Below, one piece after another: positions 28,897 to 31,599 of a stretch of DNA of 31,599 nucleotides. The DNA is from Oligoflexia bacterium (GTDB lineage Bacteria > Bdellovibrionota > Bdellovibrionia > JABDDW01), in the NCBI GenBank assembly GCA_043732305.1, contig JAYTHU010000115.1, positions 1-31,599 on the forward strand, written 5' to 3'. The position numbers and the translations under genes were made by a program. The stretch's first letter is position 1. Each line of letters opens with the position of its first letter. The notes beneath the pieces are model-generated. The model did no database searches. It was given only the letters and a program-made list of their open reading frames with translations, and was not told where the DNA came from.

Positions 28897-29287
28897 GAAT
28901 ACATCGGTCTGAAATCACAATGAGTCCTGCGGCGCGAGCTTTTTCTTCTGCGACAGGATTGAAAACTCCTTCTTGGAGCCATAAAACTTTTGCTCCGACG
29001 GCAATCGCTTCATCGACAATAGCGGGAACTGCATCGCTTTTACGAAACACATCCACGATTTCAACTGGCTTTGAAAGTTCACTTAGAGAGCCGACCGATG
29101 GAACTCCTAGTATGCTGACGTTATCCGGTCTGACTGGCGTGATTTCATAACCATTTGCCTGCATGTATGCAGAAACACCAAAGCTTGGCCTTGTGGGGTC
29201 CGGGCTAAGTCCAACCACCGCAATTTTTTTATATTGAAGGGCTTTTTTAATCAAAGTGTCTAAATCTGAGGTCTTTTTAATTTCCAT
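28871..29287 (-). CDS. CoA-binding protein (YccU-like)
   Basis: IAVVGLSPDPTRPS, VDVFR, WLQEG, DRC. Confidence 0.92.
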   Translation of the reverse strand: MEIKKTSDLDTLIKKALQYKKIAVVGLSPDPTRPSFGVSAYMQANGYEITPVRPDNVSILGVPSVGSLSELSKPVEIVDVFRKSDAVPAIVDEAIAVGAKVLWLQEGVFNPVAEEKARAAGLIVISDRCILKEHSRLK

Positions 29288-30374
29288 CGTTCATTTCTCC
29301 GCAAATGTTTTTTTGAAAGTAATTTCTTAAATTAGCGCCTTGAAATTTCATCCCCAGGCCGTGCATAAGTTTGACTACGCAAGCTTCCGTAGTCATGTCC
29401 TGGCCACTGATGGCTCCCGCTTTTTCAGCCTGAACCCCGCAATCATATTTTTTCAAATCGACCCGGCCATGAGGACATTGCGAAGATATTATCACCGGTT
29501 TTTTCAATCTTTTAGCTTCCCTGATCATCGCTAGAACTGAATGATCGAAGTCCGGAACGTTTCCCGTCCCGTAGGCTTCAAGTACCATTCCCTGACATGC
29601 TTTTGCTCTCACTGTGCCCATAAGTATTTCTCCGGAAATCCCCGGAAAAATTTTAAAGCAAAACACTTTTTCATTAAATTTACTCTGCCATTTTGAAGGT
29701 GCGCTGTACTTTTTTTGCAACTTTTCGGGCGTGTTTGACTCACCCCCTCTACCAAAAGGAACCTGGTACCTGGGGGCGGTGTATCTTATGTCGACGCCCA
29801 TGGTGGCGAGGTGAGGGGTGTTGAAACTTTGAAAGGCGACGTAATCAGTGGCGGAAAGTTTGGTGGCTTGCATGGCGTTGAGCAATTGATTTCCAAAACA
29901 GAGAGAAACAATCCCCGTACTGCTACATGCCGTTTCAACAGAATTTATTAAGTTCATTGGCGCATCTGACCGCAAATCACCAAGTGGTTTTTGGCTGCCA
30001 GTGAATACCATGGGCTTTGAGAGTCCCGTCATTGCAAATCCAAAAGCTGCCGCCGTGTAAACCATCGTATCGGTTCCATGAGTGATTACAAAACCATCAT
30101 ACTTTTCGTAAACTTTTCCGATTTGTGCCAGCCACTTTTCCCAATTCCTTGGTGTGACATTTGACGAGTCAATATTGTCTCCCAGCATGACATCAATTTC
30201 AGCAAGTTGAGAAAGTTGAGGGACATGTTTCAGTATTTGAAGCGGAGAAAAATGAGTGGCAGGTTTAAGATCTGAATCCCGTCCTTGAATTCGCTTGCCG
30301 TTGTCTGACACCACATTGCCAGAAATCATATTAATGGTTCCACCGGTTTGAAAAATCAAAATTTTCTTTTTCAC
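29277..30374 (-). CDS. ansA: Type I L-asparaginase
   Basis: TGGTI, IDSS, HGTDT, TGSQ, AFQSFN, SQC, DMTTEA motifs; GTG start overlaps recombinase stop. Confidence 0.9.
   Translation of the reverse strand: MKKKILIFQTGGTINMISGNVVSDNGKRIQGRDSDLKPATHFSPLQILKHVPQLSQLAEIDVMLGDNIDSSNVTPRNWEKWLAQIGKVYEKYDGFVITHGTDTMVYTAAAFGFAMTGLSKPMVFTGSQKPLGDLRSDAPMNLINSVETACSSTGIVSLCFGNQLLNAMQATKLSATDYVAFQSFNTPHLATMGVDIRYTAPRYQVPFGRGGESNTPEKLQKKYSAPSKWQSKFNEKVFCFKIFPGISGEILMGTVRAKACQGMVLEAYGTGNVPDFDHSVLAMIREAKRLKKPVIISSQCPHGRVDLKKYDCGVQAEKAGAISGQDMTTEACVVKLMHGLGMKFQGANLRNYFQKNICGEMNDGN
29754..29771. repeat. Partial repeat, copy 5, in frame inside ansA
   Basis: AAAAGGAACCTGGTACC matches the last 17 nt of copy 4 at 16/17; TTTGAC remnant at 29734-29739; encodes RYQVPF. 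Confidence 0.72.
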
Positions 30375-30904
30375 AAAATCAATTTCCTTAATTCATTTTG
30401 AGAGTAAATGTAATCCGCATAAACCATAGTGTTTGTTATATTTCGATGTCCAAGAGCAAGTTGAACCAAGCGCAAATCTTTTGTCTTTTTATAAAGACGG
30501 ATGGCAAAGGTGTGTCTAAGCGCATGGAATTTTTTATGACATGGGCGGTACACAACCCAAATGTCGCGCAACCGATTGTACGTGATATCAAAAATCACTT
30601 CTGTCGGCCGAGTGGCGGCGTAATCTATCAGTCTTTTAAAAAGTGCTGTAGGCAGCGGGATTTCGCGATCGCTCGAGCCCTTCAATCCCTTTATCAAGAG
30701 AGTCTCGTCGAAACTGTTGATATCAGCCTTCCGCATGTTCAGAAGTTCGGTGGCGCGAGCCCCAGTGCGCAAAGCCAGCTCTATGATAAGAACGTTTCGA
30801 GCATCTGAAGCGGCGTACTTTACAAGCAAGGTTTCTAGACCTTCGACCTCGGGGTCGAGCAAATACTTGGTTTTATTTAGAGCATATCTTATTGAAGTCG
30901 CCAT
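30371..30904 (-). CDS. Small tyrosine recombinase (catalytic domain only)
   Basis: TGAR, K, HALRH, LGH, TMVY catalytic set; 177 aa from ATG 30904 (alternative TTG 30916). Confidence 0.9.
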   Translation of the reverse strand: MATSIRYALNKTKYLLDPEVEGLETLLVKYAASDARNVLIIELALRTGARATELLNMRKADINSFDETLLIKGLKGSSDREIPLPTALFKRLIDYAATRPTEVIFDITYNRLRDIWVVYRPCHKKFHALRHTFAIRLYKKTKDLRLVQLALGHRNITNTMVYADYIYSQNELRKLIL

Positions 30905-30972
30905 AGTTGTAATCAACGTTACTAGAATTTCTCATTGCAGCGCCAGGCTTTTTTATGTGACACTTTCGGTAT

Positions 30973-31503
30973 ATGTCTGAGAAAACAGCGCCTAAGAAAA
31001 CGGATGAGATTGAACGACAATTCTGGCAACACCAAGGTGTGCAGATTGTCTTCATCTTATTGCTCTTGGTTTTAAGTTTGGTTCTCCCTAAAATTCCGCT
31101 ACTCAGAGGCTGGGAATATAAGCTGACGGCGGCTTCGGTCGAAGTCGGAAAATCTGAAATCCCCATTCAAGCTACTCGAATCAAATCGACAGATGAAGCA
31201 CTTGTTCTTTTTCCTTCGAAAAATATTTATTTGCGCGATGTTTTAAAGCTCAATGGTCCATTGCCCATTGCCGCATGGAGTTGCAAGCTATTAGGCCAAC
31301 CTGGACTTTGCGTCCGGTATTTATGGAAAAACAATGATCCGCTGACTTTAGTAGTCACTGCTGCCACCAAACGTGCCAAAGAAACAATGAGCCCGTTCAC
31401 TAAATCTGGATGGAGCGGATACATAATTGTAACCCATGACTTGGCTGTTGCCATTAGTGGGCCAGCCGATCCCGATGAAATTCTAGGAATGGTTCCGCGG
31501 TAA
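30973..31503 (+). CDS. Single-pass membrane protein, C-terminal domain loosely resembling anti-sigma factor extracytoplasmic domains
   Basis: One TM; CKLLGQPGLCVRY..LTLVV..AISG pattern; function tentative. Confidence 0.6.
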   Translation: MSEKTAPKKTDEIERQFWQHQGVQIVFILLLLVLSLVLPKIPLLRGWEYKLTAASVEVGKSEIPIQATRIKSTDEALVLFPSKNIYLRDVLKLNGPLPIAAWSCKLLGQPGLCVRYLWKNNDPLTLVVTAATKRAKETMSPFTKSGWSGYIIVTHDLAVAISGPADPDEILGMVPR

Positions 31504-31599
31504 ACGTATTGACTCACGGGTAAAGGTGACCGAAGAGGGTTCATGATCCTGTTAATCTTTTCTTCTTTTCCATTTCGACTATTCTGAAGAAAAAGTTTA

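Noticed and set aside
604..29771. 37-bp repeats as a CRISPR array
   Set aside because: Copies are kilobases apart or inverted, with no regular spacers and no cas genes
31227..31599. Minus-strand ORF running to the window end
   Set aside because: Would overlap the 30973-31503 gene by 277 bp; another frame ending at 31541 is equally plausible; cannot be resolved here
30371..31599. Prophage or genomic island at the recombinase
   Set aside because: No phage or cargo genes, tRNA or att-like direct repeats; gene is coupled to ansA

Overview
Compact, mostly housekeeping bacterial chromosome segment; gene content suggests a Bdellovibrionota/Oligoflexia-like organism (inference). Left: alternative complex III operon actABCDE plus the start of probable actF (minus strand), a ResB-like cytochrome c maturation gene, a PilZ gene with a sigma28-type promoter, an OPT transporter and a secreted M48-like protease. 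Middle and right: a pseudo-receiver protein, hutG, an M42/M20-like peptidase, EamA, SRPBCC, MFS, an ATP-grasp ligase, glutaredoxin, an MBL hydrolase, a CinA-like protein, queG, a CCA-adding enzyme, an M1 aminopeptidase, a CoA-binding protein, asparaginase and a small stand-alone tyrosine recombinase. No rRNA, tRNA or CRISPR array was seen. The main unexplained signal is a dispersed 37-bp bipartite repeat (AAATGACGCRGATCTGGACAAAAAGGAAGCTGGTACC) in five copies. All five have the same orientation relative to the host transcript. Three abut stop codons and two are translated in frame inside proteins (YQ[L/V]PF). The four copies with an intact GGTACC end each have an ~80-100 bp flank on that side strongly enriched for C at third codon positions, suggesting local strand-specific mutagenesis. 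All counts were made by hand.
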